The notes beneath the pieces are model-generated. The model was not told the DNA's origin and did not search any database. It saw only the letters and a list, made by a program, of their open reading frames with translations. From Candidatus Falkowbacteria bacterium (GTDB taxonomy: Bacteria; Patescibacteriota; Patescibacteriia; CAIXNZ01): a stretch of DNA of 64,000 nucleotides. This document shows positions 37,101-44,305 of the stretch, piece after piece. Positions within the stretch are counted from its first letter, which is position 1. Every line of letters starts with the position of its first letter. The stretch lies in assembly GCA_016927685.1 (NCBI GenBank), contig JAFGMD010000012.1, forward strand, positions 23,866-87,865. The letters run 5' to 3'. Made by a program: the position numbers and the translations under genes.

Positions 37101-37762
37101 TCAGGTCCGCAGGTCTTTATACTGTGTGGGCCAGGGCGACTGACAGCAGAGGCGGTATTGGAATGTCCGAAATCGTCTCTGTGAATGTTACACAGCCGAT
37201 TCCCAATGCTTTGGTCTGGTGCTACACCAGTCCGCCGGCTAATACGATGGGACAGGCTGCCAGCCTTGATCCAAATTCAGGACCTGACACAGGAGCCTGG
37301 ATTCCTTATCGAGATTTGGCAGTTGATGGTTCTGGTTGCGTATCCATTGCCCAAGTTGATGGGAGAATCCCCTACATTTGGGTAGATGGCACATACGGAC
37401 CAGCAGCCGATGGACTTTGGTTTGGCGCCAGCATTCCGCCGAACGAAATCTGGGTGGATGGCGTAGCTTACACTACGATCCAATTCTTCCCATATGTCGT
37501 CGGCATTGGTTCTGGTTACTTTGTCTGCTTGACTGATGATTGCGGCTTGCAATCTGGTTATGGCCACATTCTTATCCAGCTGTTTACGGACGCTGATAAG
37601 GATGGCACGCCAAATATCAGTGATAATTGCATGATATACGCAAATGATCAGCTGGACAGCAATGGTGACGGAGTGGGAGATGCCTGCGATGGCCGCGACA
37701 GCGACAACGATGCTTATCGCGACTATGACGATGCTTATCCCAACAATCCTCTTTTACACTAG
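34151..37762 (+). CDS. Large lipoprotein adhesin: 10 bacterial Ig-like repeats, an unrecognised domain and TSP3-type Ca-binding repeats (array gene 5)
   Basis: Lipobox TLAA-C; ten ~99-aa units N.PP.V...SPADG...ATD.RGA; DADKDG..NISDNC...DSNGDGVGDACD. Start re-called to MKRTIT; an in-frame upstream start exists at 34079. Confidence 0.9.
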   Translation: MKRTITAFVICMIMLTLAACKGGNYNDNSGSGGANTPPTVVINTPNEDETFLPDSDINIRAHATDNGTVARIVILQGETVLCRNDAFTLNCTWEDVPAGHYTLVAIATDNEGATGSDTVRIFVGNAPPGTNLPPEVTITSPADGTDYPAPANFTVMVYATDPDDLVASVQFWIDDTPLGTDNTTPYSLDVTDLPAGRYVLWAEATDSRGATGISQLVVIEVGNISPLDNTPPVITIVSPANGANYQAPANFNVGAVAIDADGDAIASVDLMQGTTTLATLTAEPYVFSINNLPIGTYVFWGRATDVYGAQGISEPVTVSVTNTPLVANNPPNVLVTSPADGATYIAPANFNITAEAVDTDGDLIASVTFLINGTVLGTDNTAPYSVPVTNLPIGNYVIYARAIDARGAVGISQLISVHVGTVSPTANTPPTVVMVSPADGATYTAPTNIQVGAIASDPDGDAITHVELMQGNTLLLTDTTAPYNISITNLPAGTYVFWARAIDSRGASAISQLVRIRVYNPTPAINNPPRVIVVSPADGATYTAPASLSVTAYVTDPDGDAIGQVELLQGGTVIGTFNSAPYTVVLNNLTAGNYVFWARGTDARGATGVSQLVQIRVGNPTPAINIPPNVILTSPGDGVSYVAPANFNVGADVVDSDGDIITQVELMQGNTVLVIDTTAPYTLPITNLPVGNYTYWARATDSRGGVGVSQLVRITVVAAPPVVNNPPLVIITSPADGATYLAPANFTVTAIATDSDNDAIVSVTFMNGNTVLGTDISAPFSVPIVNLPIGNYVIYAQATDARGAVGTSQLINIFVGNVSPTINNPPIVVIVSPFDGATYTAPADFIVSAFVNDPDGDAITGVEFLMGSTVLGVDNTAPYDVSVTNLAAGNYVLWARATDNRGAVGMSQLVTIHVGSLPPSVNNDPLVILVSPANGANYVAPADFYAQALVIDPDGDAIIQVEFLVGNDVVAVDSTAPFTMPVKLRSAGLYTVWARATDSRGGIGMSEIVSVNVTQPIPNALVWCYTSPPANTMGQAASLDPNSGPDTGAWIPYRDLAVDGSGCVSIAQVDGRIPYIWVDGTYGPAADGLWFGASIPPNEIWVDGVAYTTIQFFPYVVGIGSGYFVCLTDDCGLQSGYGHILIQLFTDADKDGTPNISDNCMIYANDQLDSNGDGVGDACDGRDSDNDAYRDYDDAYPNNPLLH

Positions 37763-37786
37763 TTCTTTGTAACACATTTGTAACAC

Positions 37787-37817
37787 AAGGGCTTGCGCAA
37801 CTGCGCAAGCCCTTTTT
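37787..37817 (+). terminator. Intrinsic terminator, array gene 5
   Basis: AAGGGCTTGCGCA-AC-TGCGCAAGCCCTT-TTT. Confidence 0.9.
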
Positions 37818-37870
37818 CTTTTCCAAAATTAAACTTTACAGAAAGCCAAAATCTAAGTAAAATAAAATAT

Positions 37871-38860
37871 ATGACTACAAAAAATAAACAAATAGTTTTA
37901 TCGGGCATACAGCCGACTGGCGAACTCCATATTGGCAATTATTTGGGCTCGCTGAAAAATTTTATAGAGCTGCAGGACAAATATCAATGTTATTTTTTTC
38001 TGGCAACTTATCATTCAATTACAGAAAATTACAATCCCAAAGAAAAGCATAAACAAGTTTTAGATTTGGCTGCAACGTATTTAGCAGCAAAACTTGATCC
38101 TAAAAAATGCATTATTTTTGACCAAGCAGATGTGCCAGCATGCACAGAATTAGCCTGGATTTTTAATAGTATTACACCTATTAATGAATTAGAAAGAATG
38201 ACCCAGTATAAAGATAAAGCTGCTAGGCAAATTAAAAATATTAATACTGGTCTTTTTGATTATCCTGTTTTACAAGCAGCTGACATTTTACTTTATCATG
38301 CCAACTTTGTACCGGTTGGCGCTGACCAATTACAGCACTTGGAATTGACTAATGAAATTGTCAGATGGTTTACCAATAAATTTGGAGAATATTTTCAACC
38401 CATTAAACCTCTGCTAACAAAAATGCCAAAAGTCATGTCCCTTATTGAGCCGGATAAAAAAATGAGTAAAAGTTTGGGTCCCTCGCATTATATTGCCATA
38501 AATGATGAACCGGATATTATTTTAGCCAAACTAAAAAAGGCAGTGACCGGCATGGGTACTGAAGAACAAATTCCAGCTGGCGCTCAAAATTTAATGACTC
38601 TGCTTTCGGAATTTGGCACAAAAGAAGATGTGGTTTATTTTGAAAATCAGATAAAAAATAAAACTATTAAATATTTTGAGCTTAAAGAAAAGCTGGCTAA
38701 AAATATTAGTGATTACTTTGCTGATTATCGAGCTAAATATAAAGAATTACAGGATAAGCCAGATTATATTGAAAAAGTGCTTAAACAAGGCGCTAAAGAG
38801 GCCCAAAAGGTTGCGCAAAAGACTATAAAAGAGGTTAAGGAATTAATTGGCGTGGCCTAA
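37871..38860 (+). CDS. trpS: Tryptophan--tRNA ligase
   Basis: SGIQPTG.LHIGNY, YPVLQAADILLY, VPVG.DQ.QHLE, KMSKS; start re-called to MTTKNK. Confidence 0.97.
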   Translation: MTTKNKQIVLSGIQPTGELHIGNYLGSLKNFIELQDKYQCYFFLATYHSITENYNPKEKHKQVLDLAATYLAAKLDPKKCIIFDQADVPACTELAWIFNSITPINELERMTQYKDKAARQIKNINTGLFDYPVLQAADILLYHANFVPVGADQLQHLELTNEIVRWFTNKFGEYFQPIKPLLTKMPKVMSLIEPDKKMSKSLGPSHYIAINDEPDIILAKLKKAVTGMGTEEQIPAGAQNLMTLLSEFGTKEDVVYFENQIKNKTIKYFELKEKLAKNISDYFADYRAKYKELQDKPDYIEKVLKQGAKEAQKVAQKTIKEVKELIGVA

Positions 38861-38904
38861 ATTGACCCTTGACAAAAACTGCTATATATAGTAAAATATT
38901 AAGT

Positions 38905-39308
38905 ATCTAAATGCCAAATATGCAGATGATCGCTACTCCGTAGCTTTAGCGAAGGAGTAGAGGAAAGTCCGGACACTGAAAGCGGTAGTGGGTAACGCCC
39001 ACCGGCTTAATAGCAATATTAAGTCAGGACCAGTACCACAGAGACAATACTACCCCGCTTCGCGGGGGAAAGGTGAAAAGTGTTTTGAGGTTTTTGTTCT
39101 CGAGACAAAAGCGACAAAACTCAGCTCCTGGCAACAGGAAGCTTGTGGCAAACTCTACCTGGTGCAAGGACAAACTTATTTCTGGCAATGCTGGAAATAA
39201 TGACAAGTAGTCCGCATGAGCTTAGCAGTAATGTTAAGCCTAGATAGATGATCATCACCCGACTCAGGTCGAGGCACAAAATCCGGCTTACATATTTGGC
39301 ATTTAGAT
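38905..39308 (+). ncRNA. rnpB: RNase P RNA (bacterial, type A-like)
   Basis: GAGGAAAGTCC...ACAAAATCCGGCTTA (P4), AGT.CCACAGA.A, GGTGAAA, GGCAAAC, GCAAG, TAGATAGATGAT; terminal 18-bp helix ATCTAAATGCCAAATATG/CATATTTGGCATTTAGAT. Confidence 0.96.
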
Positions 39309-39354
39309 GTAACCAAACGGAACTTAAAGGTTCCGTTTAGTTATAAAAACTTCT

Positions 39355-40785
39355 ATGAAAAAAACAGGATTAATTTTCACAATCTTACTTGTACCTATTG
39401 ATTTTCTAATGTTGGTTTTGGCAGCAGTTTCTGCCTACTATTTACGCGTCGGTTCTCTTGTTGCCGAAATCAGACCCGTTATTTATACACTTAAATTAAG
39501 CGAATATTTAAGCTATGCTTTTTTAGTTGCCATAATTTGGTTGATAATTTTTGCCTTAGCCGGTCTATATCGCATTGGTAGGCCAAAACTAAATGAAGAA
39601 ATTGCTAAAATATTCCTGGCTTGCTCAACTGGCATATTGACAATAATTGTGGCCATCTTCTTGCAAAGAGAATTGTTTTCTTCTCGCTTCATAATTTTAG
39701 CGGCTTGGGCCTTTGCCGTTATTTATGTAACTATTGGCCGCATAATTATTTTTGAAATACAAAAATCTTTATTAATGAAAGGTGTCGGTGCTATAAATAT
39801 CATTTTAATTGGCAATGATAAAAATACTCAAATAATCGCAGAAGAATTCAAGCAAAATCCTAAGCTTGGCTACAACATCATAAGAATATTTCCGACTTTT
39901 AATGAACAAATTAAGCGGGAAATTATTAATCTGAAAAAAACAGAAGAAATTGACGAAATTGTTCAGGCTGACCCAAATTTAAATAGGCAAATTACGCTTG
40001 ATTTAATTACCTTTACAGAAGAAAATCATATTATTTTTAAATTTTCAGCTGATATATATCAAACCAGAACAAGCCGTTTGGCCATTGATACTATGGCTGG
40101 TATGCCGATTTTTGAAATTAAAAAAACCAAGCTTGAGGGCTGGGGCTGGATTTATAAAAGAATTTTTGACATTATTGGTTCAATAATTTTAATAATCCTC
40201 ACCTTCCCGCTAATGTTGCTTGCTGCAGTAGCCATTAAAATAGATAGTAAGGGTCCAATCTTTTATAAAAATAAAAGGGTGGGACAACGCGGCAAAGAAT
40301 TTGAACTCTTTAAATTCCGTTCCATGTATTATGAAATGAGCACGGGTGTGGGTAGCCCAGAACAACAGAAAAAATCCTTAGAATACGAACAAAAATTAAT
40401 TGAAGAGAAAAATACTAGACCAGGAGCGGTTTATAAAATTGGCGAAGACCCAAGGGTTACAAGAGTGGGAAAATTTATTAGAAAATATTCTATTGATGAA
40501 TTGCCTCAATTTTTTAATGTTTTAATCGGCCAAATGAGCTTAGTTGGCCCTAGGCCACATCAGCCCAGAGAAGTCGCTCAATATCAAAAAGCTCAATATC
40601 ATTTGCTAGATATAAAACCTGGCGTAACAGGCATGGCTCAAATTTCTGGTCGCTCTGATCTGCAATTTGACGAGGAAGCTAAGCTAGATACATATTATAT
40701 AGAAAATTGGTCTATTTGGCTTGATTTAAGAATAATTTTAAGAACTCCCATTGTTGTACTTTGGCCAAAAAGAAAAGCATTATAA
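39355..40785 (+). CDS. Polyprenyl-phosphate hexose-1-phosphate transferase (WcaJ/WbaP-like priming glycosyltransferase)
   Basis: N-terminal TMs, KRIFDI, FKFRSM, DPRVTRVG, IDELPQF.NVL.G.MSLVGPRP, KPGVTG.AQ. Confidence 0.95.
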   Translation: MKKTGLIFTILLVPIDFLMLVLAAVSAYYLRVGSLVAEIRPVIYTLKLSEYLSYAFLVAIIWLIIFALAGLYRIGRPKLNEEIAKIFLACSTGILTIIVAIFLQRELFSSRFIILAAWAFAVIYVTIGRIIIFEIQKSLLMKGVGAINIILIGNDKNTQIIAEEFKQNPKLGYNIIRIFPTFNEQIKREIINLKKTEEIDEIVQADPNLNRQITLDLITFTEENHIIFKFSADIYQTRTSRLAIDTMAGMPIFEIKKTKLEGWGWIYKRIFDIIGSIILIILTFPLMLLAAVAIKIDSKGPIFYKNKRVGQRGKEFELFKFRSMYYEMSTGVGSPEQQKKSLEYEQKLIEEKNTRPGAVYKIGEDPRVTRVGKFIRKYSIDELPQFFNVLIGQMSLVGPRPHQPREVAQYQKAQYHLLDIKPGVTGMAQISGRSDLQFDEEAKLDTYYIENWSIWLDLRIILRTPIVVLWPKRKAL

Positions 40786-40883
40786 AGCTAAAATATTGCG
40801 AAAAACAGCCAAAAACAAAGGTTGTTTTTTATTTAATCAATAAACTTGAAATTAGGGCGAAGATAAGATAAAATAAAAGCACT

Positions 40884-41981
40884 ATGAGGGTTGCTTTATT
40901 ACATGATTATCTTAATCAAGCGGGTGGCGCTGAACGGGTATTAATGGCGCTTACAGAATTATTTCCCGAAGCTCCTATTTACACGCTAATCTATGACAAA
41001 AAAAGATTGGCTGGTTTTGAAAATAAAAAAATTAAAACTTCTTTTTTACAAAAATTGCCCTTTGCTGCTTCGAAAATAAAATATTATTTGCCAATAATGC
41101 CTATTGCGGTTGAACAATTGAATCTTGGCAATTATGATCTAGTAATTTCTTCAACCTCTGCCCTTATTAAAGGCGTTATTACTCCCCCGCACACGCTGCA
41201 TATTTGCTATTGCCATACCCCAACCAGATATCTTTGGAGCGACACACATTCTTATCCTAAAGATATTAAAGTGGGCTCAATAGTTAAAAATATTTTGCCT
41301 TTTATGCTGACAAAATTGCGCCAATGGGATCATCATGCGGCTCAGCGCGTCAATCACTTTATTGCTAATTCGCATTTTATAGCCAGCCGCATTAAAAATT
41401 ATTATCATCGCGATAGCGAAGTCATTTATCCACCCGTTGATACGCAAAATTTTTATATTACCAATCAGCTTGGCAATTATTACCTTATAATATCCCGCCT
41501 GCGACCATATAAAAAAGTCGATATGGCCATCAGCGCTTTTAACAAATTAAATCTGCCCTTAAAAATTATTGGTACGGGCGAAGAAGAGGCAAGTTTAAGA
41601 AAAATGGCTAAATCTAATATAGAATTTTTGGGTGCTGTTTCTGAAGAAATAAAAAGAAAATACCTGTCTAACTGTTTAGCCCTAATTCATCCCCAAGAAG
41701 AAGATTTTGGTTTAACTGCTATAGAAGCCATGGCTTCTGGCAGGCCTGTCATCGCCTATGGCAGAGGAGGCGCCTTAGAAACAGTTATTGACGGCAAGAC
41801 CGGAAAATTATTTGATGAACAAAGTTGGGAGGCCTTAATAGATACTATTATCAAATTCAAACCCAACGAATATAATTCCTTTGAAATAAAAAAGCATTCG
41901 GAAAATTTTGACACGGAAAATTTTTACAAGCATATGAGGGAATTTGTCGAAAAATCATACCGCCAATTTAAAAATAGCTAA
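40884..41981 (+). CDS. Glycosyltransferase family 4
   Basis: HDYL...GGAERV, YCHTPTRY.W, EDFG...IEAMASG.PVIAY. Confidence 0.93.
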   Translation: MRVALLHDYLNQAGGAERVLMALTELFPEAPIYTLIYDKKRLAGFENKKIKTSFLQKLPFAASKIKYYLPIMPIAVEQLNLGNYDLVISSTSALIKGVITPPHTLHICYCHTPTRYLWSDTHSYPKDIKVGSIVKNILPFMLTKLRQWDHHAAQRVNHFIANSHFIASRIKNYYHRDSEVIYPPVDTQNFYITNQLGNYYLIISRLRPYKKVDMAISAFNKLNLPLKIIGTGEEEASLRKMAKSNIEFLGAVSEEIKRKYLSNCLALIHPQEEDFGLTAIEAMASGRPVIAYGRGGALETVIDGKTGKLFDEQSWEALIDTIIKFKPNEYNSFEIKKHSENFDTENFYKHMREFVEKSYRQFKNS

Positions 41982-41989
41982 ATTTTTTT

Positions 41990-43135
41990 ATGCAGATTGC
42001 CATAGATATTCGCTGTCTCATGAATAAAAATTATTCTGGCGTATCGCAGTATACTTATTATTTATTGAAAAATTTATTTGAACTAGATAAAAAAAATAAA
42101 TACAAACTCTTTTATAACTCAAGTAAAAACGTAACTGCTAATTTACCGCAATTCAATCATGACAATATTCAACGTTTTGGCTTCAAATTTTCCAATAAAA
42201 TATTAAATTTTTGCTTAAAATTTCTAAAATATCCAATGCTAGATAAATTAATGGGTGGCGCGGATATTTTTTTTATACCCAATATAAATTTTTTTTCCGC
42301 TTCAACTAAATGCAAAAAAATACTAACTATCCATGATTTATCTTTTGAATTATATCCCCACTTTTTTTCGCTTAAACGACGACTTTGGCATAAATTTATA
42401 AATGCCAGAAAAATAGTTGATAATTGTGATAAAATAATTGCTGATTCTGAAAATTCTAAAAATGATTTAATTAAGCTATATGGCGTCGAATCAAAAAAAA
42501 TTAAAGTAATCCATCTGGGAGTAGATCAAGATATTTTTAAAATAATACAAGCCAATGACGAAAAATTAAAGGAAATCAAGAAAAAATACGGATTACCAGA
42601 AAATTTTTTATTGGTTCTTAGCACCATAGAACCGCGCAAAAATATTGAAGGTATAATTGAGGCGTTTAATATAATCAAAGAAGGAAACAGCGAATTAAAA
42701 GATATGCAGTTAGTTATTGTCGGAGAAATTGGCTGGAAAAGCAAGAGAGTATTCACATTTGCCGATAATGCTCAATTTAAGGACCAAATAAAGTTTATTG
42801 GTTATGTCGATAATAAAGATAAAGTTTATCTATATAATTTGGCAAAAATCCTGCTTTTTCCCTCTTTCTATGAAGGATTTGGTTTGCCAATTCTAGAGGC
42901 ACAAGCTTGCGGTTTGCCTGTTATCGCGGGCTTAAATTCATCTCTTGCAGAAATTACAAATGGTTCTGCTTTTTTAGCCAAACCAGATAATTTAACGGAG
43001 ATTACCACTGGTATAAAAAAAATATTAAAAGATACGCAATATAGACAAAATTTAATAAAGAAAGGCAGGCAAAATATACAGCGTTTTTCTTGGCAAAAAT
43101 GCGCTCAAGAAACTCTTGATTATATCTTAAAATAA
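41990..43135 (+). CDS. Glycosyltransferase family 4
   Basis: TIHDL, TIEPRKN, PSFYEGFGLPILEA.ACG.PV. Confidence 0.93.
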   Translation: MQIAIDIRCLMNKNYSGVSQYTYYLLKNLFELDKKNKYKLFYNSSKNVTANLPQFNHDNIQRFGFKFSNKILNFCLKFLKYPMLDKLMGGADIFFIPNINFFSASTKCKKILTIHDLSFELYPHFFSLKRRLWHKFINARKIVDNCDKIIADSENSKNDLIKLYGVESKKIKVIHLGVDQDIFKIIQANDEKLKEIKKKYGLPENFLLVLSTIEPRKNIEGIIEAFNIIKEGNSELKDMQLVIVGEIGWKSKRVFTFADNAQFKDQIKFIGYVDNKDKVYLYNLAKILLFPSFYEGFGLPILEAQACGLPVIAGLNSSLAEITNGSAFLAKPDNLTEITTGIKKILKDTQYRQNLIKKGRQNIQRFSWQKCAQETLDYILK

Positions 43136-43171
43136 TCTAATCCTTAATTTTATATTTCTAATTTATTCTTT

Positions 43172-44293
43172 ATGCGTATTGGCTTTGATGCCAGAATGTA
43201 TGGCAAGTCACAATCAGGCATTGGTAATTATATAAAACAGATTACCGATCGAATTTTTGAATTGGACAAAGAAAATGATTATTATCTCTTTCTTTTAGAG
43301 CCGCAATTTTCAGAATATACAGAACCACATAAAAAAATTCATAAAATAAAAGTGACTGCGCCCTGGTATAGCTATAGCGAACAAATTAATTTTTTATTTG
43401 ATTTACTAAAATACAAGCTTGATCTTGTACATTTCCCTAATTTCAATGCGCCTCTTTTATATCCATTTAAAAGAGTAACGACTATACATGACATTACTCC
43501 TAAATTTTTTCCAGGCCATAAACAAAAATCAATATGGCATAAATTGGCGTACAATTTAACAATTAGAACATCGTTAGCTTTATCGCAAAAAATTATTGCA
43601 ATTTCTCAGTGGACAAAAGCCGATTTACTCAAATATTTTGTTAAAAATCCCGATAAAATTGAAGTTACCTATTTAGGCACAGAACCCCAGTTTCAAGTTA
43701 TTGAAAATTATGCTAAAATTAAAGAAGTAAAAGAAAAATATAAGATCACAAAACCCTACCTGTTTTTTGTGGGAGTTTGGCGCAATCATAAAAATCTTGA
43801 AGGACTGGTTCACGCCTTTGAAATAATTAAAAAAGAGAGCCAATTTGATATTCAATTAGTCATTGCAGGACAAGAAGATCCGGCTTATTCTCAAATACGA
43901 GAAACAATTAATAATTCTCCTTTTAAAAATGATATAATCACCCCTGGCTTTATAAATGATGCTGATTTGCCCTTAATATATAATGGCGCTTCGCTTTTTG
44001 TCCTGCCATCTTTTTATGAAGGTTTTGGATTAATAGGTTTGGAAGCCATGGCTTGTGGCTTGCCAGTTATATCTTCAGATGCAACTTGTCTGCCAGAAAT
44101 ATATGGCGAAGCAGCATTATATTTTAACCCAAAAAATATTGATGAAATGGCTGAAAAAATTTTAGAGGCCTTAAAAAGTTTTCCATTGCAGGCAGAATTA
44201 AAAAATAAAGGTTTTGAACAAATAAAAAAATATTCTTGGGAAAAAACCGCCAGTCAAACCTTACAAATATATAAAAAAATATTAGGACAATAA
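43172..44293 (+). CDS. Glycosyltransferase family 4
   Basis: IGFDAR, TIHD, HKN, PSFYEGFGL..LEAMACGLPV. Confidence 0.93.
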   Translation: MRIGFDARMYGKSQSGIGNYIKQITDRIFELDKENDYYLFLLEPQFSEYTEPHKKIHKIKVTAPWYSYSEQINFLFDLLKYKLDLVHFPNFNAPLLYPFKRVTTIHDITPKFFPGHKQKSIWHKLAYNLTIRTSLALSQKIIAISQWTKADLLKYFVKNPDKIEVTYLGTEPQFQVIENYAKIKEVKEKYKITKPYLFFVGVWRNHKNLEGLVHAFEIIKKESQFDIQLVIAGQEDPAYSQIRETINNSPFKNDIITPGFINDADLPLIYNGASLFVLPSFYEGFGLIGLEAMACGLPVISSDATCLPEIYGEAALYFNPKNIDEMAEKILEALKSFPLQAELKNKGFEQIKKYSWEKTASQTLQIYKKILGQ

Positions 44294-44305
44294 ATCTCTT
44301 AAATA

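Noticed and set aside
34250-37200. Ig repeats considered as a CRISPR-like, DGR or exact tandem DNA repeat
   Set aside because: Units are ~297-nt in-frame protein repeats, diverged at synonymous sites; no spacers, cas genes or reverse transcriptase are in the window.
37767-37787. Direct repeat TTTGTAACACA x2 after array gene 5 as an att site or operator
   Set aside because: No matching copy was noticed at the other end of the array and no integrase is present; probably a local slippage duplication.
37793-37870. N-terminal extension of TrpS (likewise 25147-25281 for SecG)
   Set aside because: It runs through terminator and promoter DNA; family homology begins at the downstream ATG.
38988-39206. 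ORFs 38988-39200 (+) and 39024-39206 (-)
   Set aside because: They lie entirely inside the RNase P RNA.
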